From an uncultured Candidatus Saccharibacteria bacterium (lineage in GTDB: Bacteria > Patescibacteriota > UBA1384 > JAMDBS01 > CAYSHH01): DNA of 64,000 bases. Within the stretch, counting starts at the first letter, position 1. Every line of letters starts with the position of its first letter. Under the pieces are notes generated by a model that saw only the letters and a list, made by a program, of their open reading frames with translations, ran no database searches and was not told the origin of the DNA. Location: assembly GCA_964430945.1 (NCBI GenBank), contig CAYSHH010000005.1, forward strand, positions 334 through 64,333. The letters run 5' to 3'. This document shows, piece by piece, positions 50,004 to 58,142 of the stretch. A program made the position numbers and the translations under genes.

Positions 50004-51461
50004 ATGATCAAAGAAACTACAGATTTTATTGGCGATGCTTTTGAGGGAATAAAAAGTGGAACCAAGGCTTTTACCACTAAACAAACATTAAACCTCGCAA
50101 AAGGTATTATTAAACATGCCTCATATGAGCAAACAGCTCAACTTCTAAAGTTACTAGAGGTAGTTACGCCAGAAAATAGAAAAGGCAATATCAAAGGGAT
50201 ACAAGAAGATTTTGCCAATAAGGGTCCTTGGGCGCTTATGCTTAAAAAACTTATGTCAGAAACAAACCATGATTCTCTGGAAGGTTTTTTTGATAACTTT
50301 GTTGTAAACCAATGTATTTTGGCTGAAGATATTCGTCAGAAATTTGCCAAGAAGGAAGGTTTTACTCCACCATGGTTTTTAGCTATTTCTCCATCTATGC
50401 GTTGTAATCTCAGATGCGTCGGTTGTTATGCTGCGGAATATTCCAAAAAAGATGATTTGCCATATGAAGATTATGACAGACTAATAACTCAATCCAAGAA
50501 AAATGGTATTTACTTTTTTGTAATTCTTGGAGGTGAGCCATTTTTTCATGAAGATAATTATAAAATATTTAGAAAGCATAAAGATTGTTACTTCTTAGTT
50601 TATACTAATGGAACATTGTTAACAGAAAAAAAGATCCAGGAAATTAAGAAATTAAGAAATGTTGCCCCTGCAATATCCATTGAAGGATTTGAAAAAGAAA
50701 CTGCCGAAAGAAGAGGTGAAAAAGTTTGGCAAAAGATCATGGATGCGATGGATGTAATGAAAAAAGAAAAAATGTTGTTCGGGTTTTCAGCAACTTATAC
50801 CAAAAAAAATGCCTCTGTAATTGCTAGCAATAAATTTATTGATTTTATGATAGAGAAAGGATGCTCCTTCGGCTGGGTATTCCAATATATCCCAATTGGC
50901 AAAAAACCGGACATTACTCTTATGGCCACCCCAGAACAAAGAGAAAAGCTAAGAGTCTTTTCACAAAAAGTTCACAAGGAAAAACCAATCTTTATGGCAG
51001 ATTTTTGGAACGATTCACCATATGTTGGCGGATGTATGGCTGGTGGATCATTGTATTTACATATAAATGTAAAAGGCCAAGTTGAACCATGCGTGTTTGT
51101 ACAATTTGCAACTGACAATATCAAAGAGAAATCACTTACCGAATGTTTAAAATCTCCATTTTTTAAGATGCTTCGCGACAAGGGGCAAAGCATTAGATCA
51201 CCTCATAGAAAATCTGATAATATGCTGAGACCCTGCATGATTATAGACAATCCAGAGGTTTTACATGAATGTATTGACGCTTGTGATGCCAAAGCCTCAT
51301 ATGAAAGTGGTGAGCAAATTACTTCTTATAAAGATAATAAGGCTTATAAATATCTCAAAGATGATTATTCTAAAAAATGGGGTAAAATTGCAGATAAAAC
51401 TTGGGACAAGGAAAAGAAAAACTTTAAATATGACTGTGGATATTGTAATAAATGCAAATAG
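50004..51461 (+). CDS. radical SAM/SPASM-domain protein
   Basis: CNLRCVGC, GGEPF, YTNG, GCMAGG..EPCVF..RPC. Confidence 0.9.
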   Translation: MIKETTDFIGDAFEGIKSGTKAFTTKQTLNLAKGIIKHASYEQTAQLLKLLEVVTPENRKGNIKGIQEDFANKGPWALMLKKLMSETNHDSLEGFFDNFVVNQCILAEDIRQKFAKKEGFTPPWFLAISPSMRCNLRCVGCYAAEYSKKDDLPYEDYDRLITQSKKNGIYFFVILGGEPFFHEDNYKIFRKHKDCYFLVYTNGTLLTEKKIQEIKKLRNVAPAISIEGFEKETAERRGEKVWQKIMDAMDVMKKEKMLFGFSATYTKKNASVIASNKFIDFMIEKGCSFGWVFQYIPIGKKPDITLMATPEQREKLRVFSQKVHKEKPIFMADFWNDSPYVGGCMAGGSLYLHINVKGQVEPCVFVQFATDNIKEKSLTECLKSPFFKMLRDKGQSIRSPHRKSDNMLRPCMIIDNPEVLHECIDACDAKASYESGEQITSYKDNKAYKYLKDDYSKKWGKIADKTWDKEKKNFKYDCGYCNKCK

Positions 51462-51481
51462 CACACAGTTGAACCAAGCAT

Positions 51482-51510
51482 AAAAAAGTCGCCCTCTCTG
51501 GGGCGATTTT
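51482..51510. terminator. bidirectional terminator
   Basis: AAAAGTCGCCC-loop-GGGCGATTTT. Confidence 0.7.
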
Positions 51511-51526
51511 GGTTTATAAAAAAGTT

Positions 51527-52102
51527 TTAGAAACAATAATCATCGAATATCGCTTCTGGTAAAATAGCCGTCTTATCAAAACACACAGTTGACAAGACTT
51601 CTTCGAAAATTTCTTCGTTACTTAACGTACCTAAGAAATTATAATACATCTCATCTTCTGGTGTATCAAACATTTCTCTAAGAATGTTCTGACAACTATA
51701 GTATATTTTTACTAGTTCTTCACGTCTTGCTTGTTGATTCATTGATCGCCGAGATATATATTTATATGTATTTTCTATCTCTGGTCTGTAGTAAATAGCT
51801 TGGCCGAGTAATGTAAAATAGTCTTTGATATTACTTATTAGTATCTTCCCATGACATATTTCAGATACAACTTGCCTCAATTCTTCCTCACTCGAAAAAA
51901 CGATATTTCTTTCTGATGTTTCATTAGAAAAATTCAAATTTACTTTAACGAATTCAAGCGTATCCTCAATGAGAATATCTCTATAATGCGTATTACACCC
52001 AAAGAATTGGAATCCACGAGAATAAAACTTTCTCGTCAAAAAACCTATAAGTGCATTTGTTGCATAATCGTCAATTGCAGATTTTTTACCCACATTATTC
52101 AC
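51527..52102 (-). CDS. hypothetical protein
   Basis: 191-aa ORF with AAGGGG RBS. Confidence 0.55.
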   Translation of the reverse strand: MNNVGKKSAIDDYATNALIGFLTRKFYSRGFQFFGCNTHYRDILIEDTLEFVKVNLNFSNETSERNIVFSSEEELRQVVSEICHGKILISNIKDYFTLLGQAIYYRPEIENTYKYISRRSMNQQARREELVKIYYSCQNILREMFDTPEDEMYYNFLGTLSNEEIFEEVLSTVCFDKTAILPEAIFDDYCF

Positions 52103-52116
52103 CCCTTATAAAAATT

Positions 52117-52926
52117 TTATTCAGTCTTTCGAAAAGACTGTAGGCCCAAAACAATCATGAGTGTTGCGAATACGATTATAATAAGTAGATCGATTCTAAT
52201 TGTTAAGGATTGGCCTAGTATATCAATTCCCAAAGACTGAATCAAACTTTCTTTGACGCCAGAATTGAGCAGTACGATCTGGCGCAATAAGTCTACTGCA
52301 TAAGTTACGGGATTCAGACGAACAAATATATTGAGCCACTCAGGTAGATTTGATATTGGAAAAAGTGCACCCGAAAGAAAATACATTGGCATGACAACGA
52401 ATTGGAATACTAAAGAAGCTCCTTCTGATGACTTTAGACGTGATGCGATAAGTACTCCTAATGACGTGAGGGCGAAAGATATTAAAAACATTGCTGGTAT
52501 AAGAAGCATAACCATTTTTAGATTTATTTCTATACCAACTATCGGAGCTAGAATCAAAATTATTAGCGCTTGTAAAAATGCGGTAGTTGCACCACCAAGG
52601 GTTTTTCCGATAGCAATAGCACCGCGAGAGATAGGCGCAACTAATATTTCTCGTAGAAATCCAAACTCTCGGTCGGTAACTATCGAGATTGAAGAAAAAA
52701 GAGAAGTAAATATTAAATTCATGGCGATGATTCCTGGAAAAACATAAATCATATAATCAATTCCTTCTCCACCGACGATCTGAAGTGATGAGCTCATACC
52801 AGTGCCAAAAAACACCAGCCAAATAATTGGAAAAGCTAGGCCAGAGATTACCCTGACTTTATTTCTCCAGTATCGAAGAATATCGCGATACCAAATAATA
52901 TATATTACTTTGACTTTTCCCCACAT
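52117..52926 (-). CDS. ABC-2 type permease (DrrB-like)
   Basis: DREFGFLREILVAP, FLSGALFP, NPVTYAVD. Confidence 0.9.
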   Translation of the reverse strand: MWGKVKVIYIIWYRDILRYWRNKVRVISGLAFPIIWLVFFGTGMSSSLQIVGGEGIDYMIYVFPGIIAMNLIFTSLFSSISIVTDREFGFLREILVAPISRGAIAIGKTLGGATTAFLQALIILILAPIVGIEINLKMVMLLIPAMFLISFALTSLGVLIASRLKSSEGASLVFQFVVMPMYFLSGALFPISNLPEWLNIFVRLNPVTYAVDLLRQIVLLNSGVKESLIQSLGIDILGQSLTIRIDLLIIIVFATLMIVLGLQSFRKTE

Positions 52927-53732
52927 CAGTATTTTCCTTTCTTGGCTTTATCGGCCATGTTTGCTCGATACATATCTTCTTTTGATGCTTCTTTATCTCT
53001 TATTGAATCGCCAGTAATAGATAAGAATATATCTTCGACAGTACTTTTGTTGTATTTTTCTTTAAGTTTTTTAGGTGAACCAATTTCGATAATTTTTCCT
53101 TGGTCTATAATAGCTATTTTTCCACAGAGTTCCGTTTCTGCGAGATAATGAGTGGTTAAGAATATTGTAATTTTTTCTTTCTTTTGAAGTGTGGCGATAT
53201 AATCCCAAATGTGTTTTCTAGTTTGAGGGTCAAGTCCCAAAGTTGGTTCATCAAGGAAAAGTACTTTTGGATGATGAACTAGACCACGAGCAATTTCCAA
53301 GCGCCTTTTCATACCACCAGAAAATGTTTTAACTAAAAGATCTTTTTTATCCCAAAGATCAACAAGATCAAGTACGTCCTTGATCCTGTCTTTCAATACT
53401 TGTCGACTAACGTTATAAAGTATCCCATGGAATGATAGATTTTCGTAGGCAGTAAGCTCAAGATCAAGCGTAGGTTCTTGAAAGACTATTCCTAAGTTTT
53501 CTCGGACTTTATCTTTTTTTCTTTTTAGATCATAACCATTTATAATTGCTGTGCCAGAAGTAGGAGCAAGAAGTGTAGTGAGTATACTAATCGTAGTGGT
53601 TTTTCCTGCACCATTTGGCCCTAAAAAACCAAATACTTCACCTTCCTTCACATCAAATGAAATATTGTCTACCGCAGTAAACTTATCAAATTTTTTAGTT
53701 AGATCTTTAACTTCAATAATATTTTTAGACAT
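52926..53732 (-). CDS. ABC ATP-binding protein (DrrA-like)
   Basis: GPNGAGKTT, FSGGMKRRLEIA, LDEPTLGLD. Confidence 0.93.
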   Translation of the reverse strand: MSKNIIEVKDLTKKFDKFTAVDNISFDVKEGEVFGFLGPNGAGKTTTISILTTLLAPTSGTAIINGYDLKRKKDKVRENLGIVFQEPTLDLELTAYENLSFHGILYNVSRQVLKDRIKDVLDLVDLWDKKDLLVKTFSGGMKRRLEIARGLVHHPKVLFLDEPTLGLDPQTRKHIWDYIATLQKKEKITIFLTTHYLAETELCGKIAIIDQGKIIEIGSPKKLKEKYNKSTVEDIFLSITGDSIRDKEASKEDMYRANMADKAKKGKY

Positions 53733-53854
53733 AAGTACTACTTATTATATGTAAACTTTTACATTGAGGCAAATACATGTTTTTTATCCTTTACATTGAT
53801 TGGATTAAATAGTATACTTATCTCTTATTTTGATCTTTGAAAGGAAGTGTTTTT

Positions 53855-54802
53855 GTGTTTGAGAATTTGATTGTAGAACTGTCTGGTGATAAAAATCGCC
53901 TTACTGATAGAATCAGTGCACTAACAAAGTTTGCTCAAGGAATTAAAAAAATAAATATTTATGCCGTAATTAACTATGGGCATGAATATTTACTGGAAAA
54001 GGTTATCGAAGAAAAAAGCATAGATAACATTGAGGTATATAACTCAACTTGCCCAGAAGATATTGCGATTGATCTACTTAATAGATTGAGTAATGCAGTG
54101 TTGGTCTCAGCTGGAGATACCAATACTATCGTTACGAAGTCATTCAAAAAGATAAAAACAATATATAGAAAAACCAAGCCGATATTGGCGAATACTTTTC
54201 CAAAAATCAAAGGGCATGTGTTGGTTGCTGATATTGGGGCGACCATAAAACCAGACTTGTTCTGGGTTGCCTTGGTTTGTAGGGCAGTAGCCGAATCTAT
54301 CTATGGCAAATCTAGGCTCGCAATGCTCAATATCGGGGAGGAAAATTACAAAGGGGAAAAAGATATACAAGAGTTAAATCAGAAACTATGCGCTATACTC
54401 GATGACGAGTTTCTCGGAAATAGGGAAATTAACGTCGTCGTAGGCGATCCAGAGATTAATGCTCTGGTAATGAGTGGGGCAGATGGCAATAAAACCATCA
54501 AAGCCTATGAAGCAGCATTTGAACTTATAAGAGGTAAGGTTTTAAATTCCTGGTGGGGTTTTGTAGGTACCCCATTGCTTTATCTTTTGAAGAAAATATT
54601 TCTCTCTGAGCTAGATTGGAGAGTATATTCTGGAGCCTGGCTTTTGGGGATGCAAAAGCCAATTCTTGTCACACACGGAAGATGTGACAAAAGAGCGTTT
54701 TATAATGCTCTGGTTAGGGCGACAGACCCAATAGTGGAAAAAATTTGGCAGGCGGTCGATAATGATCGTTTGCTTAATAAACATTTTACAAAACGCAAAT
54801 AG
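53855..54802 (+). CDS. plsX: PlsX-family phosphate acyltransferase (divergent)
   Basis: VSAGDT, ADIGAT, MLNIGEENYKG, FLGNRE, SGADGN..K, YSGAWLLG, THG; GTG start after GAAAGGA. Confidence 0.72.
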   Translation: MFENLIVELSGDKNRLTDRISALTKFAQGIKKINIYAVINYGHEYLLEKVIEEKSIDNIEVYNSTCPEDIAIDLLNRLSNAVLVSAGDTNTIVTKSFKKIKTIYRKTKPILANTFPKIKGHVLVADIGATIKPDLFWVALVCRAVAESIYGKSRLAMLNIGEENYKGEKDIQELNQKLCAILDDEFLGNREINVVVGDPEINALVMSGADGNKTIKAYEAAFELIRGKVLNSWWGFVGTPLLYLLKKIFLSELDWRVYSGAWLLGMQKPILVTHGRCDKRAFYNALVRATDPIVEKIWQAVDNDRLLNKHFTKRK

Positions 54803-54821
54803 CCTTCGGGCTATTTTTTTT
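54797..54821 (+). terminator. rho-independent terminator
   Basis: AAATAGCC-ttcg-GGCTATTT followed by T run. Confidence 0.8.
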
Positions 54822-54850
54822 ATTTCTCAAATTTATCCCGGAATATTTGC

Positions 54851-54878
54851 TGTACTCTTTTGGATAAGTTTTTGTATT
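54851..54878 (+). promoter_or_regulatory. putative ECF promoter
   Basis: TGTACT-N16-TGTATT, 22 nt before ATG 54901. Confidence 0.6.
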
Positions 54879-54900
54879 AATAAATAACAAAACAAAAAAT

Positions 54901-55626
54901 ATGAAAAAAAATATAATATATTTACTACTTATCATTTCAACATTTTTATCTATTTACTCTCCAAAAGTTTATGCTTGGGATGATTGTCCCAAGGGAGAAG
55001 TTGATGATCCATATCCTGGAGATTGCTCCCGATATATTGATACTGATGATGATGGAATTTGTGATCGTTCACAGGTCGCTCCTGAAGATAGAGTAGCTGA
55101 GGGGATTGATGAAAATACAAAAAATGAACCTCCTACAACAATTCCTGCTTATAAAACCTATGCTACAGATACCACTTCAACATCCACAACTGCCGATACA
55201 GCAAGCCAGACAAAAACACAATCCGATGGAACCAAAGAGAAATCAACTGGTTCAAAATATAATTTCTGGACGATATTTATCTCGCTGATAATTGTCTACG
55301 CCATGAGCCTTGTACTATCGAAGACGAAAATGATAAGTACTGTAACACATAAAAAATTGTGGAATGTAATATTGCTCATTACATTTTTACTAAGTGGAAT
55401 TACTGGACTATTACTAACAATTCAAATCGATAATCCTGCTTTGATCTCACTACCACAAAACTTCCTTTTTTTGCATGTCGAATTTGGTGTCGCTATGGCA
55501 TTGATCTCAATATTTCACATCATTTGGCACTGGCCGTACTATAAGTGCATATTTAAACTGAGGAAAAATTCAAGTAATGATATTTCTTCTTGCAAAGATA
55601 GCTCTCGAGAAGATATAACCAAATAA
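54901..55626 (+). CDS. membrane protein with Cys/Asp-rich extracellular N-domain and DUF4405-like C-terminus
   Basis: Signal peptide; CPKG..PYPGDC..DTDDDGICD; three TM with LHVEFG..FHIIWHW histidines. Confidence 0.7.
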   Translation: MKKNIIYLLLIISTFLSIYSPKVYAWDDCPKGEVDDPYPGDCSRYIDTDDDGICDRSQVAPEDRVAEGIDENTKNEPPTTIPAYKTYATDTTSTSTTADTASQTKTQSDGTKEKSTGSKYNFWTIFISLIIVYAMSLVLSKTKMISTVTHKKLWNVILLITFLLSGITGLLLTIQIDNPALISLPQNFLFLHVEFGVAMALISIFHIIWHWPYYKCIFKLRKNSSNDISSCKDSSREDITK

Positions 55627-55674
55627 TTTTTGTTATATTTAGACACATATTATTTTTGTGATAACATTGTACAT

Positions 55675-56250
55675 ATGAAGATACCAATAAAACATTTGAC
55701 CACCCACGAGACCAAGCAACATTCTCTTAAAAGGTTTTTAATTGTTCTTATTATTTTAGTTTTTTATACAGCCTTTTTAGTTTATAAATTTGGTAGCGAT
55801 GGTTTTAGTTTGGGAATTCTCACTTGGAGTGCTTTTCTTATGGCTACGCCAATTGCTGATGCGGGAATACTCGTTGACTTGCCAATAAGGATACTTTTGG
55901 GTGTTCGTATGGTTTATACCGAAATTATAGTTTGGATAATTGGAATATCAGTAAATATTTATTTTGTTTTGTTTAATTCTAATGTTTATCATAAAACACT
56001 TATTACCGAAACTTTCTACCAAATACTTACAAAGCCTTGGCCAAATTGGATAATTATATTTCTTTCTCTTGGCGGGACGTTTCTATCACTTTATTTTGGT
56101 GACGAGCTTCTGGATGTAGTATTTTTTCATGAACGCAAAAAATATCTTAAACATCGAAAATATTTTTATTATATTTTTATCCTATTTGCAATATTCTTGT
56201 TTTATTTTTCTTATAAATATTTCTTATCCTGGTTTGGACTTAAAATATAG
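55675..56250 (+). CDS. hypothetical membrane protein
   Basis: Several TM segments; TPIADAG and YFGDELLD motifs. Confidence 0.7.
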   Translation: MKIPIKHLTTHETKQHSLKRFLIVLIILVFYTAFLVYKFGSDGFSLGILTWSAFLMATPIADAGILVDLPIRILLGVRMVYTEIIVWIIGISVNIYFVLFNSNVYHKTLITETFYQILTKPWPNWIIIFLSLGGTFLSLYFGDELLDVVFFHERKKYLKHRKYFYYIFILFAIFLFYFSYKYFLSWFGLKI

Positions 56251-56254
56251 ATAT

Positions 56255-56761
56255 ATGAAAATTTATATATTTGGTGGACCAGGAAGTGGCAAAACTACAT
56301 TAGCTAAAAAGTTTTCTAAGGAATATCATATTCCATTTTTCGAGCTTGATAAACTACTTTACAAAGTTGTTAATAAAAGAAATGAAAAAATTGAAGAAGA
56401 AAAGAGAAAACTCATTATAAAAGATTTTATAAAAAAAGATAATTGGATCACTGAGGGAGTATATAGGCAAGATTGGTTAAATCTGATTTTAAAGGAATCA
56501 AATTATGTTTTTATCTTGATCGTTCCAAAACATATTCGAAACTGGAGGACTACTGCAAGAACTATCAAAAGAATGTTTGGAATCGAAAAATCCTATCACG
56601 AGTCAAATATTAAGCTCATCTTTGATTTTATAAAATTTAATAATGAATTTGAGCGCGAAAGATATGACGAGTTTACAAATAGACTTAAGAAGCTTAAAAT
56701 AAAACCTATAATAATCTATAATTATCAAGATATTAAAAATATCTTAAATAAAAATAATTAA
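56255..56761 (+). CDS. adenylate-kinase/FlaR-like P-loop kinase
   Basis: MKIYIFGGPGSGKTTLA, ELD, WITEG. Confidence 0.82.
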   Translation: MKIYIFGGPGSGKTTLAKKFSKEYHIPFFELDKLLYKVVNKRNEKIEEEKRKLIIKDFIKKDNWITEGVYRQDWLNLILKESNYVFILIVPKHIRNWRTTARTIKRMFGIEKSYHESNIKLIFDFIKFNNEFERERYDEFTNRLKKLKIKPIIIYNYQDIKNILNKNN

Positions 56762-56767
56762 TATTTT

Positions 56768-56907
56768 ATGGCGTTATCAGTCGACATAGCAAAAACTTAG
56801 TAACGAAAATTCCTTTTCAGACTAAAATGAAGGTTCCAAAACCCAGAAAAGCACGAAAAATCGTAAAAAGAAATAAATTTGGACAGATTATAAAAACTAG
56901 ATTATAA
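56768..56907 (+). repeat. 140-nt element copy 1 (ychF-like 5' mini-ORF plus conserved basic peptide frame)
   Basis: Colinear and ungapped with 57496-57635. Confidence 0.75.
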
Positions 56908-56911
56908 AATT

Positions 56912-56940
56912 AAAAACCACAGCGGGTGCTGCGGTTTTTT
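56912..56940. terminator. bidirectional terminator
   Basis: AAAAACCACAGC-gggt-GCTGCGGTTTTT. Confidence 0.6.
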
Positions 56941-57064
56941 ACGATTTGAAAAAAACATTTGTCGGTTCTACTTTCTCCGACTTTATCGGGTACCAAGCCT
57001 CTTGGGAAAAAGACGGTTACCATATTAGGGTTTAGCTCCAATTCCTCTATAGAGGTAGTGGCAT

Positions 57065-57358
57065 TTATTTCACCTCCTCTTTTTTGTAGTTTTTTGCCAA
57101 GTAATTTTTCAGCCAAATGGGCTTAATCACATTTGGATCTTTCAGCCAACACTTGAGCCCATAGACATAAATTGACGAGTAATATATGCTAAGGAAAAAT
57201 ATTCCCCACTGCTTATTTGTATATGTGGTGACAAACCAGAATGGTTGCGCTAAGAGAGCAAAAACCATTCCCAATATATTTGTCCGTGCTATGTAATATG
57301 CTGATAACATCGTAAATGCGACGAGGAAAAATTGGATAATAGTGTCTGTATTAAACAA
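57065..57358 (-). CDS. small three-TM protein, PnuC-like
   Basis: GMVFALLAQPFW..QWGIF..YGLKCW; AAGGAGG RBS; TTG start. Confidence 0.6.
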   Translation of the reverse strand: MFNTDTIIQFFLVAFTMLSAYYIARTNILGMVFALLAQPFWFVTTYTNKQWGIFFLSIYYSSIYVYGLKCWLKDPNVIKPIWLKNYLAKNYKKEEVK

Positions 57359-57495
57359 GAAAATCGACCTCCTTATATTGTTAGTGTGCTGGAATTATAT
57401 TTAACCAGAAAAAGTCACTATTGTCAACCTATTATATGGTTGAAATTAAAGCTATTTATAGATATAATTACGATGACTAAAGAAAGGATTTAACC

Positions 57496-57635
57496 TTGAG
57501 TTTACAAATCGGCATACTCAACACACAATAAGACAAATTCCTTTTGAAATTAAAATTAAACTAAAACCTCCGAGAAAAAAGCGGAAGATAATTAAGAGAA
57601 ATAAAATAGGACAGATAATCGAAGCAAAAGTATAA
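57496..57635 (+). repeat. 140-nt element copy 2
   Basis: Colinear with 56768-56907; preceded by GAAAGGA. Confidence 0.75.
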
Positions 57636-57638
57636 AAA

Positions 57639-58142
57639 ATGAATCTAAATCAAGTATACGTTTTTAATAATTTTAACAATATTAACTGGGTTGAAGTGCT
57701 TGTTACTGGGTTTTTTACTTTTTTAGCAGTTTATATCGCATATTATTTGGAAAATAGACGCTTAAGGAATGAAAGAAAAAATAAATTTATCAATCTCCTT
57801 AAATCACTAAAAAGTGAGTTATTAGGTAATCAAAACCAACTAAAAATTGCATTAAAAAATTACAAGAAACAACCAATATCTTTTCAAAAATTAACTGTTA
57901 ATATACAAAATTTCCCAATATCTCTAGAAATTATTAAATCTTTTATGAATAATTCTCTCATTTATGAGTTTTTGCCTGATTATGCAATAAGAGAAATATG
58001 GAACGCATTAACAGAAACTAGAAAAGCAAGAGAACATCAAGTCAAACAAACATTTTATTTTAAAATAAAAGTTGAGGAACTACTTGATTTATTAGAGGAA
58101 AATATAAATAAGATAGATAATAAAATCAAGGATTTATACTAA
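57639..58142 (+). CDS. hypothetical protein with N-terminal TM
   Basis: 167-aa very AT-rich ORF, coupled to next gene. Confidence 0.6.
   Translation: MNLNQVYVFNNFNNINWVEVLVTGFFTFLAVYIAYYLENRRLRNERKNKFINLLKSLKSELLGNQNQLKIALKNYKKQPISFQKLTVNIQNFPISLEIIKSFMNNSLIYEFLPDYAIREIWNALTETRKAREHQVKQTFYFKIKVEELLDLLEENINKIDNKIKDLY

Noticed and set aside
56910-57116. 68-aa minus-strand ORF
   Set aside because: Overlaps the upstream gene and a terminator; the ATG following the nearby GGAGG gives only a 5-codon ORF
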